Of a stretch of DNA of 64,000 nucleotides, positions 32,413 to 42,593 are shown piece by piece (position 1 is the stretch's first letter; every line of letters starts with the position of its first letter). The stretch is from Phormidesmis sp. (GTDB lineage Bacteria > Cyanobacteriota > Cyanobacteriia > Leptolyngbyales > Leptolyngbyaceae), in NCBI GenBank assembly GCA_965248535.1, contig CBDFJR010000005.1:704001-768000 (forward strand), in the 5' to 3' direction. The translations under genes were made by a program, and so were the position numbers. The notes beneath the pieces are model-generated. The model worked only from the letters and a program-made list of their open reading frames with translations, did no database searches and was not told the DNA's origin.

Positions 32413-34641
32413 ATGGCAACTAAATTCCCAAAATTTAGCCAAGACCTTGCCCAAGATCCAACAACCCGTCGGATTTGGTATGGAATCGCTACGGCTCACG
32501 ACTTTGAAAGTCATGACGGAATGACGGAAGAGAAGCTTTACCAAAAGCTTTTTGCAACCCACTTCGGTCACTTGGCAATCATCTTCTTGTGGGCATCGGG
32601 CAGTCTATTCCACGTAGCTTGGCAAGGCAACTTTCCTCAGTGGATCAAAGATCCGCTGAATGTCCGTCCCATTGCCCACGCGATTTGGGACCCTCAGTTT
32701 GGTAAGCCCGCAGTAGAAGCGTTTACTCAAGGTGGCGCTAACTATCCGGTAGACATTTCCTATTCAGGTCTGTATCACTGGTGGTACACGATCGGGATGC
32801 GAACCAATGGTGACCTCTATACAGGTTCCATCGGCTTGCTGGTGCTGTCGGCAGTGCTCCTGTTTGCAGGTTGGCTGCACCTTCAGCCCAAGTTCCGTCC
32901 TAGCTTGGCTTGGTTTAAAAACGCTGAGTCTCGTCTAAACCACCACTTAGCAGGTCTGTTTGGCGTTAGCTCACTGGCTTGGACGGGTCACCTCGTTCAC
33001 GTCGCCATCCCCGAATCACGCGGTCAGCACGTCGGCTGGGATAACTTCCTGACCACGCTGCCTCACCCGGCTGGGTTGGCTCCCTTTTTCACCGGAAACT
33101 GGGGTGTCTATGCTGAAAACCCTGACACTGCGAACCACATCTTTGGAACGGCTCAAGGGTCAGGCACTGCGATTCTCACCTTCTTAGGTGGCTTCCATCC
33201 TCAAACCGAGTCTCTCTGGTTGACGGATATGGCGCACCACCATTTGGCGATCGCCGTTCTGTTCATCATCGCGGGACACATGTACCGCACCAACTTCGGT
33301 ATCGGTCACAGCATCAAAGATATGCTGGACAGCAAGAAGGGACTAGTGGGCGGCAAGTCAGAGGGGCAGTTTAACCTGCCTCACCAAGGCTTGTATGACA
33401 CGATGAATAACTCTCTACACTTCCAGCTTTCGTTTGCGCTGGCTGCGTTAGGGGTGATCACGTCGCTCGTTGCTCAACATATGTATGCCCTGCCTCCTTA
33501 CGCTTTCATGGCGAAGGATTTCACCACTCAGGCAGCGCTCTACACCCACCACCAGTACATCGCTGGATTCTTGATGGTCGGTGCATTTGCTCACGGTGCT
33601 ATCTTCTGGGTGCGGGACTATGATCCTGAACTCAACAAGGGCAACGTGCTCGATCGGGTTCTCCAGCACAAAGAAGCGATCATCTCGCACTTAAGCTGGG
33701 TGTCTCTGTTCTTGGGCTTCCACACCCTCGGTTTGTATGTTCATAACGACGTGGTGGTTGCTTTCGGAACGCCTGAAAAGCAGATTCTGATTGAGCCTGT
33801 GTTCGCACAGTTTGTTCAAGCTGCGTCAGGTAAAGCGTTGTATGGGATGAGCACGTTGCTCTCAGACCCCACCAGCATCGCCTCGACCGCTTGGCCTAAC
33901 TTCGGCAACGTCTGGCTTCCGGGCTGGCTCGAAGCAGTCAACAGTGGCACCAATTCCCTGTTCCTCACCATTGGGCCAGGCGACTTCTTGGTTCACCATG
34001 CGATCGCTCTCGGTCTGCACACCACCACCTTGGTCTTGGTCAAAGGTGCGTTGGATGCCCGCGGCTCTAAGCTGATGCCCGACAAAAAAGACTTTGGCTA
34101 TAGCTTCCCTTGCGATGGCCCTGGTCGTGGCGGCACCTGCGATATCTCTGCGTGGGATTCTTTCTACCTGGCGATGTTCTGGATGCTGAACACCATTGGT
34201 TGGGTCACCTTCTATTGGCACTGGAAGCATCTGGCTATCTGGTCAGGCAACGTCGCTCAGTTTAACGAAAGCTCAACCTATCTGATGGGTTGGCTGCGTG
34301 ACTACCTGTGGCAATATTCGGCTCCGTTGATCAACGGCTACAACCCTTATGGGATGAATAACCTAGCCGTCTGGTCTTGGATGTTCCTCTTGGGTCACCT
34401 GATCTGGGCAACCGGATTCATGTTCTTGATCTCCTGGAGAGGCTATTGGCAAGAGCTAATCGAAACTCTGGTTTGGGCCCACGAGCGCACTCCTCTGGCG
34501 AACCTGATTCGCTGGAAGGACAAGCCCGTTGCTCTCTCGATCGTGCAAGCTCGCTTGGTGGGTCTAGCTCACTTTACGGTTGGCTATGTCCTCACTTACG
34601 CAGCCTTCGTGATTGCGTCTACTGCGGGTAAGTTTGGTTAA
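32413..34641 (+). CDS. psaB: Photosystem I P700 apoprotein A2
   Basis: [35 protein letters not shown]; ends STAGKFG. Confidence 0.99.
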   Translation: MATKFPKFSQDLAQDPTTRRIWYGIATAHDFESHDGMTEEKLYQKLFATHFGHLAIIFLWASGSLFHVAWQGNFPQWIKDPLNVRPIAHAIWDPQFGKPAVEAFTQGGANYPVDISYSGLYHWWYTIGMRTNGDLYTGSIGLLVLSAVLLFAGWLHLQPKFRPSLAWFKNAESRLNHHLAGLFGVSSLAWTGHLVHVAIPESRGQHVGWDNFLTTLPHPAGLAPFFTGNWGVYAENPDTANHIFGTAQGSGTAILTFLGGFHPQTESLWLTDMAHHHLAIAVLFIIAGHMYRTNFGIGHSIKDMLDSKKGLVGGKSEGQFNLPHQGLYDTMNNSLHFQLSFALAALGVITSLVAQHMYALPPYAFMAKDFTTQAALYTHHQYIAGFLMVGAFAHGAIFWVRDYDPELNKGNVLDRVLQHKEAIISHLSWVSLFLGFHTLGLYVHNDVVVAFGTPEKQILIEPVFAQFVQAASGKALYGMSTLLSDPTSIASTAWPNFGNVWLPGWLEAVNSGTNSLFLTIGPGDFLVHHAIALGLHTTTLVLVKGALDARGSKLMPDKKDFGYSFPCDGPGRGGTCDISAWDSFYLAMFWMLNTIGWVTFYWHWKHLAIWSGNVAQFNESSTYLMGWLRDYLWQYSAPLINGYNPYGMNNLAVWSWMFLLGHLIWATGFMFLISWRGYWQELIETLVWAHERTPLANLIRWKDKPVALSIVQARLVGLAHFTVGYVLTYAAFVIASTAGKFG

Positions 34642-34670
34642 ACCTGACTAACGCTGTAGGTAACTAAAAT

Positions 34671-34703
34671 AAAATCCCCTGCCAATTTGGTGGGGGATTT
34701 TTT
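34671..34703 (+). terminator. psaAB intrinsic terminator
   Basis: AAAATCCCCTGCCA-ATT-TGGTGGGGGATTTT with a U-tract. Confidence 0.85.
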
Positions 34704-34901
34704 GATCTGAACAAAACTGAGGGCGGGTTAGCGACTTTAATCGGTTAATCAAAGGTCAATATCGACACATCGGTAGCATATTCATATTCATAAAGAGCCA
34801 ATCAACTTAATGGGAATTTGAGCGATCGCGGCAACTTTCCCAACTAAATTAATTCCTGAGTGAATGAGCCGTTGGTATAAACACTCAAGCTAAATCAGGA
34901 G

Positions 34902-35351
34902 ATGCAGATGAAACTACTGAAATACTTTGACCTGAATCGACGCGCTAACAAGGCTAGAAAGCTCAACCGCCAAGAATTTACTGAAACCAGAACTAATTTT
35001 ATTCAGCAATGGATGTCGCCTAGCGAAGTCACCGTTAAGCCCCGTAGAGACTTTTTCTTATCACTTTGGATGGTCTTTAACCAACGCGAAGACGGGCAGC
35101 TATCGCTGGCAGATCAACTGCTAATGTATTTAGGGGTACTGGTGGGGGTCTATTTTAGTGGTGTGATTCGTGCTCAGACTTCTAAGCCGACGTTGATCTT
35201 AGCGGCTTTTATTGCCCTCACGATCGTGCCCGTGGCCTTCGAGAAATTGAGCATCAACCCCAAAGCGCCGCTGTTGGTGCGGTTTGGATTGTTTGTGCAA
35301 AATGGCGTGTTTTGGGATGTGATGTTTCAAGCCATCTCCAGCCACCGTTAA
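34902..35351 (+). CDS. Hypothetical membrane protein (about 3 TM segments)
   Basis: AGGAG RBS; hydrophobic C-terminal half. Confidence 0.7.
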   Translation: MQMKLLKYFDLNRRANKARKLNRQEFTETRTNFIQQWMSPSEVTVKPRRDFFLSLWMVFNQREDGQLSLADQLLMYLGVLVGVYFSGVIRAQTSKPTLILAAFIALTIVPVAFEKLSINPKAPLLVRFGLFVQNGVFWDVMFQAISSHR

Positions 35352-35563
35352 TCAGGGTTGCTGAATCAGCTATTTTGACAGGTGAGGAGATTGCTTAAGC
35401 GCTTTGGCACGATCGAGGGCAGACATTACACGAAGTTGGACAAAACACCGTGGGAGCCAACTCTGACCTTAGACGCACCCTCGATCGGGTCATTGGGCCA
35501 TTCGACTCACTGGTTAGGGACGGAAAACTTGAGTTTGTCAGGTTAAATTTGCCAAGATCTGGT

Positions 35564-35992
35564 TCACAGGTAGCTCAAGCATTCTTCAGGAAAGAGATGA
35601 AGCTCTTTAGATTGAAAGCGATCGCATTCCATCCATCGCACCACAAACTCTGTCTCTGCCTCGTTGCCGATAAACTCGTCTAGCTGATAAAGCTTAGAAT
35701 CTACCAAGTCAGCTTGATAAAACTGAATCCATTCGTGCCCCGGCTTGCCTTCATAGATAAATAGATTTTCACTAAATCCCAAATAGTGAATGTTGCACAA
35801 CTCCGCTTGTATCTCTTCTTGAAATTCTCGCTTGAGGGCCTCTAAGCTGGTTTCACCAAAGTCAACGCCACCGCCCAAACAGCGATAGAAAAAGCTTTGC
35901 TTCACCGAGTCATAGCCTTCGGCGACGAGAATGCGATCGCCCGATCGAATCAACCCCAACACCAGCGCCCGAATCTGTGGAAGTTTGTTCAT
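35564..35992 (-). CDS. NUDIX hydrolase
   Basis: Nudix box GGGVDFGETSLEALKREFQEEI. Confidence 0.9.
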   Translation of the reverse strand: MNKLPQIRALVLGLIRSGDRILVAEGYDSVKQSFFYRCLGGGVDFGETSLEALKREFQEEIQAELCNIHYLGFSENLFIYEGKPGHEWIQFYQADLVDSKLYQLDEFIGNEAETEFVVRWMECDRFQSKELHLFPEECLSYL

Positions 35993-36097
35993 TCAACGCG
36001 ACCCCTTAAAAACGATCTCAGCCCAACTTCAAGACCTCGCTAATCGTTTCCTGAAAACTCTCTAGTAGGATAAAGCTAAAGGGTAAGTAGTTGAGCT

Positions 36098-37519
36098 ATG
36101 AGCAGTCGTTCAAAAATTGAGTTTGGAACCGATGGGTGGCGTGGCATTATTGCCGACGACTTCACGTTTTCTAACGTTTGCAAAGTGACACGAGCGATCG
36201 CCCGCTATCTTGACACGACCTACTCTAAACGTCGTCCGGTGCTGGTTGGCTATGACACTCGGTTTTTGGCAGATCAGTTTGCCCACACCGCCGCTGCCGT
36301 TTTAGCCGATCTGGGTTGGCGGGTGCAAATCGTCGATCGAGACTGCCCGACTCCAGTCATCGCCTATAATGCTCGCTACCTCAACACGGCGGGAGCGCTG
36401 ATGTTTACGGCCAGTCATAACCCTGCGCCCTACTGTGGAATTAAATACATCCCTGATTATGCAGGCCCGGCAACGACTCAGATCACCGATGCCATTGTCG
36501 CTAATCTCGATCGTGTCTCAGATGCCCCACCGAGCGGCAATCTCGCCCCGATTTCGACGTTTGACCCAAAACCTGCTTATTTAAAGTTTATCTATAGCAT
36601 TTTGGATGTCGATCGCATTCGCAGCGCCAAACTCAAGGTCAAATATGACGCACTCTACTCTACGTCTCGCGGCTATCTCGATAGGGTTTTAGCCGATTGT
36701 GGCTGTGAAGCCGAGAGTTTTCATACCTATCGCGATGTCTTATTTGGCGGCGGAATGCCCGAACCCAATGGCAAACAACTTGCGAGTCTGGTCGAGGCGG
36801 TCAAGGGCGATCGCGCTGATATGGGGTTAGCCACCGATGGAGACAGCGATCGCTTTGGCATTGTCGATGAGCAGGGCACCATTCTCACACCCAACGCCAT
36901 TTTGCTGCTTTTGGCCCGTCACTTGATTAAAAACAAAGGCAAGCGAGGCGCGATCGTTCGCACGGTGGCCACGACTCGATTGCTCGATAACTTTGCAGCA
37001 GCTTATGGGCTAGAACTCTATGAAACCGCCGTTGGCTTTAAACATATTGGTGCAAAAATGCGAGAAATCCCAGTGCTGATTGGTGGTGAAGAATCAGGCG
37101 GGTTAAGCATCATTGGGCACATTCCTGAAAAAGACGGCATCTTGGCAGATATGCTAGTGGCAGAAGCGATCGCTTATGAAGGCAAACCTCTGAGTCAACT
37201 CGTGCAAGACGTGATCCATGAAGCAGACGGGCCGCTCTACAATCATCGCATCGACCTGCGGCTTACCCAGGCTCACAAAAAAGCCGTTTTAGATTCCTTT
37301 ACTCAACATCCGCCAACCCACCTAGCAGGGTTGGCTATTAAAGAAGTCGGTCGCAAAGACGGCATCAAACTCTATCTCGACGAAGGAAGCTGGGTTTTGC
37401 TGCGTCCTTCAGGCACAGAACCCCTGATCCGAGTCTATTTAGAGACAGACTCACCTCAAAAAGTTAGTCAGATCGCCGCCGCAATGGAGCGATCGATTCA
37501 TCAGATCAAGCCCGTTTAG
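36098..37519 (+). CDS. Phosphoglucomutase/phosphomannomutase family protein
   Basis: FGTDGWRG, TASHNP, DGDSDR, GGEESGG, RPSGTEP. Confidence 0.95.
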   Translation: MSSRSKIEFGTDGWRGIIADDFTFSNVCKVTRAIARYLDTTYSKRRPVLVGYDTRFLADQFAHTAAAVLADLGWRVQIVDRDCPTPVIAYNARYLNTAGALMFTASHNPAPYCGIKYIPDYAGPATTQITDAIVANLDRVSDAPPSGNLAPISTFDPKPAYLKFIYSILDVDRIRSAKLKVKYDALYSTSRGYLDRVLADCGCEAESFHTYRDVLFGGGMPEPNGKQLASLVEAVKGDRADMGLATDGDSDRFGIVDEQGTILTPNAILLLLARHLIKNKGKRGAIVRTVATTRLLDNFAAAYGLELYETAVGFKHIGAKMREIPVLIGGEESGGLSIIGHIPEKDGILADMLVAEAIAYEGKPLSQLVQDVIHEADGPLYNHRIDLRLTQAHKKAVLDSFTQHPPTHLAGLAIKEVGRKDGIKLYLDEGSWVLLRPSGTEPLIRVYLETDSPQKVSQIAAAMERSIHQIKPV

Positions 37520-37530
37520 GTTGACTATTT

Positions 37531-37779
37531 ATGAAATCTCTGGCCACGCTAACTACGTCAGTCATTATCGCCGTTTGGATCGGCGCGATCGCTCTGATCT
37601 CCGTTCAAAATGCGACCCCCCTTTCGCTGCGGTTTCTCAGCTTTCAGCTAGTCGAGATGCCCTTTGGGTTGATTCTCGCTTTTAGCGCTGGGCTGGGTGT
37701 GATCGGCACGGCGATCGCGCAGCCTTTACTGGGGTTTTCTAGCCCCCCGCGAGATCAAGACGACGATGACGATCTCTAA
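37531..37779 (+). CDS. LapA/DUF1049-like small membrane protein
   Basis: TM-SVQN...SLRFL...MPFG-TM pattern with an acidic tail. Confidence 0.75.
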   Translation: MKSLATLTTSVIIAVWIGAIALISVQNATPLSLRFLSFQLVEMPFGLILAFSAGLGVIGTAIAQPLLGFSSPPRDQDDDDDL

Positions 37780-37786
37780 TCAGACT

Positions 37787-38773
37787 TCACCACGCATACA
37801 CCTGTCCGTCAATTAGCAATCGCGTGATGCCTTTGGCTTGCAGGTGGGGCGCGGCTTTTTGCAAGATGCGGCTATCGGGAATCTTGATCACGCGCTGCGT
37901 CCGAATGTTAGAAAACCGCTTTGCCACTCGATGGTTGTCAAACACAGGCAGCGTCTTTTCCTGAATCTCTTCTGACGGAATCTGCCCCAACTCGCCAAAC
38001 TCTCTAAGGGGTCGAGCAACGAGTTCAGCCGCCCGATCGACCACTAAATAGCACGTCTTGGGAATGGCCGCCTCCGTCAGGGGCAACACGCGCACAAACG
38101 AGGACGCATTGAGTTGCAGCGATGGCAGCAGTGAGCCGCTTTCTTCATCGTCAAACTCATCTCCGTCAAAATCATCGTCTAGATCGCCTAGATCGCCGTC
38201 TAAATCATCATCCAAATCATCTAAGTCGTCTTCATCGTCATCGGCAAAGGCTTGGGGATCGTCTGTGACCGCTTCGGCTCGTTTAGGGTCAGCCAGCGTC
38301 ACGACTCTTTTTACGACTGGGGTGGCGGTTAGCTCTTTGGTCACTTCAGCAATTTCTTCGATCGGGGCTTCAGCCTCAGCCGACGATCGTGCCAGCGATC
38401 GCCGAATCGGGGCCGGAACCACCCGCTCAGATGTAGCGTTTTCAGACGAAGCGTTTAAAGAAACCGAAGCCGCGAGAGGACTCGGTTCAGGCTCAGAGAT
38501 GTCTACGATCGCAGCAGCCGGAATTTCGAGAATACTACCCTGGATAGGCTCCTCCAGTTCGCGAGAGATCACGTCAGGGTTGCGCGAAGCCACACGCTTT
38601 TGCTGAATCAAGCCTTCATATTCCCCCGCAGGCAAACTGCTTTTGAGAATGCGACTGATGGTTGTGTTGCTCACCCCATATTGACTTGCCAGAGTCAGCG
38701 TTGTCTCGCCTGGCTGACGATATAGCTCAACAATTTGGTTTTTGTCAGAATCAGACAGTTTGCGAGGGGTCAT
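37787..38773 (-). CDS. Hypothetical protein: N-terminal HTH, acidic linker, globular C-terminal domain
   Basis: RKLSDSDKNQIVELY...LASQYGVSNTTISRILK HTH; ATG at 38773. Confidence 0.8.
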   Translation of the reverse strand: MTPRKLSDSDKNQIVELYRQPGETTLTLASQYGVSNTTISRILKSSLPAGEYEGLIQQKRVASRNPDVISRELEEPIQGSILEIPAAAIVDISEPEPSPLAASVSLNASSENATSERVVPAPIRRSLARSSAEAEAPIEEIAEVTKELTATPVVKRVVTLADPKRAEAVTDDPQAFADDDEDDLDDLDDDLDGDLGDLDDDFDGDEFDDEESGSLLPSLQLNASSFVRVLPLTEAAIPKTCYLVVDRAAELVARPLREFGELGQIPSEEIQEKTLPVFDNHRVAKRFSNIRTQRVIKIPDSRILQKAAPHLQAKGITRLLIDGQVYAW

Positions 38774-38873
38774 GCCACAATCCACGAAAGGCTCAGTCAG
38801 CACCTACCATTCTAAGTCCAACCGCCCGTAAAAAGGGCAACGTCGTCTTTCCCCTTGATTCGCTGCGCGCAAT

Positions 38874-39962
38874 CTAAGCCCGCCGCCGTCCTCCGGCACG
38901 ACGCGATCGGCTGAGATCAAACTCTAAAGCTGCCCCAATGCCAAAGAGCACGCCGCTCAACACCCAAAAGATTTCTAACAAGCCCCCGCTTTGATAATTG
39001 GCGAGTCGGGTTGTCGCATATTTAAACCACATATCAGCCACATAGAGCGAGAAGGCAGCCGCCGCAATCATTCGCCAAGACTGCGAAAAGCGCCCGCCCC
39101 AAAATGCCAGCAGCAGCGTTGTCGCCACGATCAAGATAAACACGTCAGCCACGACATAGAAGTAGTTTAGAAACGTTTTGAGAGGAGCCAGAGTTTCTTC
39201 CACTGTAGTTACCCAGACAGGCGGCGTTTTGGGTTCTGCCGCCTTGGGGGAGATCGTCTTTTGCCCTGACGGAGCAGGCGTTGCTTGAGGAGAGAGGATC
39301 GCCTGAGGCACGGGCTGAGAGGGCTGAACCTTAGGGGCGGGTGAAGTCGGCTTGGGGACGATCGCCGGAGTCTTGACCGCAGGTTTAGCCGGAGTCACAG
39401 TCGTCTGGGCAGAGACTGGCTCCATTCCCCAGAGGTCAGCACTGGCATTTTTGTCAGGAGAAATGGTTAACCAGGTCGCGAAAGCGATGCTGATAGCGGC
39501 GATTCCGGCAACGATGCCCCACTGCCAAACCTCTAGATTGAGACGACGATCGGCAAAGGCCATGACCATGCCCCACCCCAGAAAGAGATAAGTTGGAATG
39601 TAGAAGAAATCTCCAGGCGAAACATCTGCATTTCGTCCTAAAAAGGTCTCCCAGAAGGTAAACAGCACGCCGCCTAGGAAGTAGCACAGCATCCCCATGC
39701 CGATGCCAAACCAGACTTTGCGCCCGCTGACGATCTGGGGGCTGCGCCAGTTTCTAAAACACAGAATGGCAGCCGCCAGATAAGCCACTACTTCAAAAAT
39801 AGACGTGCCGTAGGAATACCAAACGGGGCGGTCTTGTCCGGGGTCAGCCACACTAAACAGCAGAAAAAACAGCAGCGCCAGCACCGCCCAGATGATTTCT
39901 GTAAAGACGATCGCTTGCACAGACAGAGACTTAGCCGCAGATTTATCGATCGAGGTACTCAT
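38874..39962 (-). CDS. Multi-pass membrane protein with a Pro-rich loop
   Basis: About 8 hydrophobic segments interrupted by a PAKPAVKTPAIVPKPTSP... insert. Confidence 0.8.
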   Translation of the reverse strand: MSTSIDKSAAKSLSVQAIVFTEIIWAVLALLFFLLFSVADPGQDRPVWYSYGTSIFEVVAYLAAAILCFRNWRSPQIVSGRKVWFGIGMGMLCYFLGGVLFTFWETFLGRNADVSPGDFFYIPTYLFLGWGMVMAFADRRLNLEVWQWGIVAGIAAISIAFATWLTISPDKNASADLWGMEPVSAQTTVTPAKPAVKTPAIVPKPTSPAPKVQPSQPVPQAILSPQATPAPSGQKTISPKAAEPKTPPVWVTTVEETLAPLKTFLNYFYVVADVFILIVATTLLLAFWGGRFSQSWRMIAAAAFSLYVADMWFKYATTRLANYQSGGLLEIFWVLSGVLFGIGAALEFDLSRSRRAGGRRRA

Positions 39963-40065
39963 ATCACAATTACAAAGGTAGAGCGATTAGGAAACATGAA
40001 GCCTATCAAGAGGGATTGTGGATTGTAATGCACCCTCTGGCATCGGTTGCCAACGTTTTTTGAAG

Positions 40066-40737
40066 CTAGTGCCAAAGATTACCACCCGGCGATCGGGCCA
40101 TCCACGCCAAAAAGCGGCTCCGTTCACCCGAAGGCAAATCTTGTAAGGCTTCTAAAGTCCGAGAGACAAAGGGAGATTTGCCAAAATAGTTTTTGCCAAG
40201 GCGGTGCAGATCTTGTAAGAGCAGCGACAAATGAGGTTCTTGCCAGGCTGGGGTTTGCAGACTATTGAGGGGGTTGACGGTCAAAAGTTGCCTGATGGCA
40301 TCGGGCGAGTCGGTTTGGGGAAACCGCCCTTGTCGAAACACGTCAGCAATATCTTTTTGAAACGTGACGGATTGTTTAGTGCCCATCAAGTCTTCAATAT
40401 CGATATACATCGCTTGCAGCATCAGCAGACAGGCCTGAGTAAACATGGGGGTGGTTGAGCCAGCCGCCTCAATCTCTTGGGTTTCTTGAGCTAGCTGATC
40501 GAGCCGCACTTTGCCCCAAATGCTGTAGCGATCGGGTTCTTCTAATAAAACGCAGGCTTTGCCCTGGTTGTCAGTTAAATCGCGCCACAGTGCTCTCGCC
40601 TCTTCTTCTTGGTTGGCGTGAAACACGCTGATCAGGCGAAAGGTGATCCCCTGATAGGTGAGAATCGGAATCTTTTGATCGCGTTTGGGATGTTGGATGC
40701 TGGAAATTTCTACATCCTGCCGTTTCAGAATGAACAT
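40066..40737 (-). CDS. Conserved cyanobacterial protein (Npun_F0813-like)
   Basis: MFILKRQDVEI...FRLISVF...WRDLTDNQGKACVLLEEPDRYSIWGKV; AGGAG RBS. Confidence 0.75.
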   Translation of the reverse strand: MFILKRQDVEISSIQHPKRDQKIPILTYQGITFRLISVFHANQEEEARALWRDLTDNQGKACVLLEEPDRYSIWGKVRLDQLAQETQEIEAAGSTTPMFTQACLLMLQAMYIDIEDLMGTKQSVTFQKDIADVFRQGRFPQTDSPDAIRQLLTVNPLNSLQTPAWQEPHLSLLLQDLHRLGKNYFGKSPFVSRTLEALQDLPSGERSRFLAWMARSPGGNLWH

Positions 40738-41136
40738 AAAACAGCTAATTATCTCCTATCAAGGTGAGGGGGCGAGGTTGGCTACGCAGGCTTGAGCCAT
40801 GAATAGCGGCAAGTTTCTATTCAAAATAGGCCCCTGCTAACGTCAGCGAAGCGATCGCAACCAGACGTGCGAGATTAAAAGACCATTGTCTTGCAATTTT
40901 CGCTATTGACGCACTTTTATCGACTTTATCGACACACTTTGTTTAAATTCCCTTTTTCTGGCTTTTAGTGTACACATAGTTAGCCAACATCGGCTTCATT
41001 TGTGATAGTGAGTCACTCATTTTAACGGCGGTCAGCCTCACAAAATAGAACAAATCTGTTAGCAACTCTCCACAAACTCGTTAGGATTGTATAATGCTTA
41101 ATCAGTCAGAGATAAAAACCTGACCCCTCACCCTAG

Positions 41137-41209
<73 letters not shown>

Positions 41210-41356
41210 TTTTTGACCCGCGATCGAGAGCCTGAGACAGGACAGAGTTCCTCGATCGCCCCTTCTGTTAAAAAACTTAACAATTAGTTCCCTGGAAGCT
41301 TATCATTTCGCTATGTAAGGGTAAAGAAGCCTTCATTCGCGAAAGGAAATCAGGCA

Positions 41357-41965
41357 ATGGTTGAATGGATTACCCACACTATGAATGCGCTGGGCTACTG
41401 GGGGATTGGTCTTTTGATGTTCTTGGAGAACCTTTTTCCCCCCATCCCGTCAGAGTTGATCATGCCGTTAGCCGGGTTCACCGTTGCTAAAGGGCAGATG
41501 AATTTTCAGTATGCAGTGCTGGCCGGAGTGGTGGGAGCGGTGCTAGGAGCATTACCCTGGTACTATGCAGGCAAACTGGTGGGTGAGGAACGGTTGGGCG
41601 CGATCGCCGATCGCTATGGCAAGTGGTTAGGCATTTCTAAAGTAGACATTGACAAAGCCAATCGCTGGTTTTATCGTCGCGGCAGTCAAGCGGTGCTGTT
41701 GGGTCGTCTGGTGCCTGGAATCCGAACGCTGATTTCGCTTCCGGCAGGCATCAGTCACATGCGGTTAGCCCCATTTTTGGTCTACTCGACGATCGGCACT
41801 ACTATTTGGACAACGCTGTTAACCTATGCTGGATATTTATTAGGGGAGCACTACGATCGGGTCGATGACTATTTAGCGCCGCTCTCAAAGGTTGTTTTAG
41901 TTGGACTGATCGGGTCATTGGGGGTGTGGATAGTGCGACGGAAGCAAACGCAGCGTGTGAAGTGA
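41357..41965 (+). CDS. DedA family membrane protein
   Basis: ENLFPPIPSELIMPLAG, GRLVPGIRTLISLPAG. Confidence 0.93.
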   Translation: MVEWITHTMNALGYWGIGLLMFLENLFPPIPSELIMPLAGFTVAKGQMNFQYAVLAGVVGAVLGALPWYYAGKLVGEERLGAIADRYGKWLGISKVDIDKANRWFYRRGSQAVLLGRLVPGIRTLISLPAGISHMRLAPFLVYSTIGTTIWTTLLTYAGYLLGEHYDRVDDYLAPLSKVVLVGLIGSLGVWIVRRKQTQRVK

Positions 41966-41972
41966 GGAAATT

Positions 41973-42593
41973 ATGAGTTTTGATACAGTTCACTTGGGTC
42001 AGTGGCTCAAAGAGATTGGCCCGGTTGCGGCTCATCTGGTGATTTGGGCGATCATCTTTGCAGAGTCCGGTCTACTGATCGGGTTTTTCTTGCCCGGAGA
42101 CAGCTTGTTATTTACGGCTGGGTTTCTCGCGTCCCAAAATATTCTGAGCATTCAATATTTGACCTTGGGCTGCTTTGTGGCGGCTGTTTTAGGCGATAGC
42201 GTGGGCTATTGGACGGGAAATCGCTTTGGACGCAGATTATTTCAGCGAGAAGATTCCTGGCTGTTTCACAAAAAGCATTTAGTCTCTGCTCAAGGGTTTT
42301 ATGAGAAGTATGGCAAAAAAGCGATCGTGCTAGCGCGATTTGTGCCCCTCGTTCGCACCTTTGCGCCGATCGTGGCAGGGATCGGCGCGATGGACTACCG
42401 CACGTTTTTGTCTTATAACGTCGTGGGCGGATTGATCTGGACGTTTGGCGTGACGCTGTTGGGCTATTCTTTAGGAGCGGTGATTCCAGATGTTGATAAA
42501 TATCTGTTGCCGATTATTCTAATCATTATCGTCGTTTCGCTTCTGCCTTCTGTCTTTCACATCTACCAAGAACGTAAGTCCGGCCGCCATTGA
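41973..42593 (+). CDS. DedA family membrane protein
   Basis: FAESGLLIGFFLPGDSLLFTAG, ARFVPLVRTFAP. Confidence 0.93.
   Translation: MSFDTVHLGQWLKEIGPVAAHLVIWAIIFAESGLLIGFFLPGDSLLFTAGFLASQNILSIQYLTLGCFVAAVLGDSVGYWTGNRFGRRLFQREDSWLFHKKHLVSAQGFYEKYGKKAIVLARFVPLVRTFAPIVAGIGAMDYRTFLSYNVVGGLIWTFGVTLLGYSLGAVIPDVDKYLLPIILIIIVVSLLPSVFHIYQERKSGRH

Noticed and set aside
30134..34641. Far-red-light (FaRLiP) psaA2/psaB2 cluster
   Set aside because: The sequences look like standard PsaA/PsaB, and no rfpABC, chlF or paralogous apc/psb genes are adjacent.
37787..38773. Transposase, suggested by the N-terminal HTH
   Set aside because: No DDE or HUH catalytic domain and no terminal repeats.
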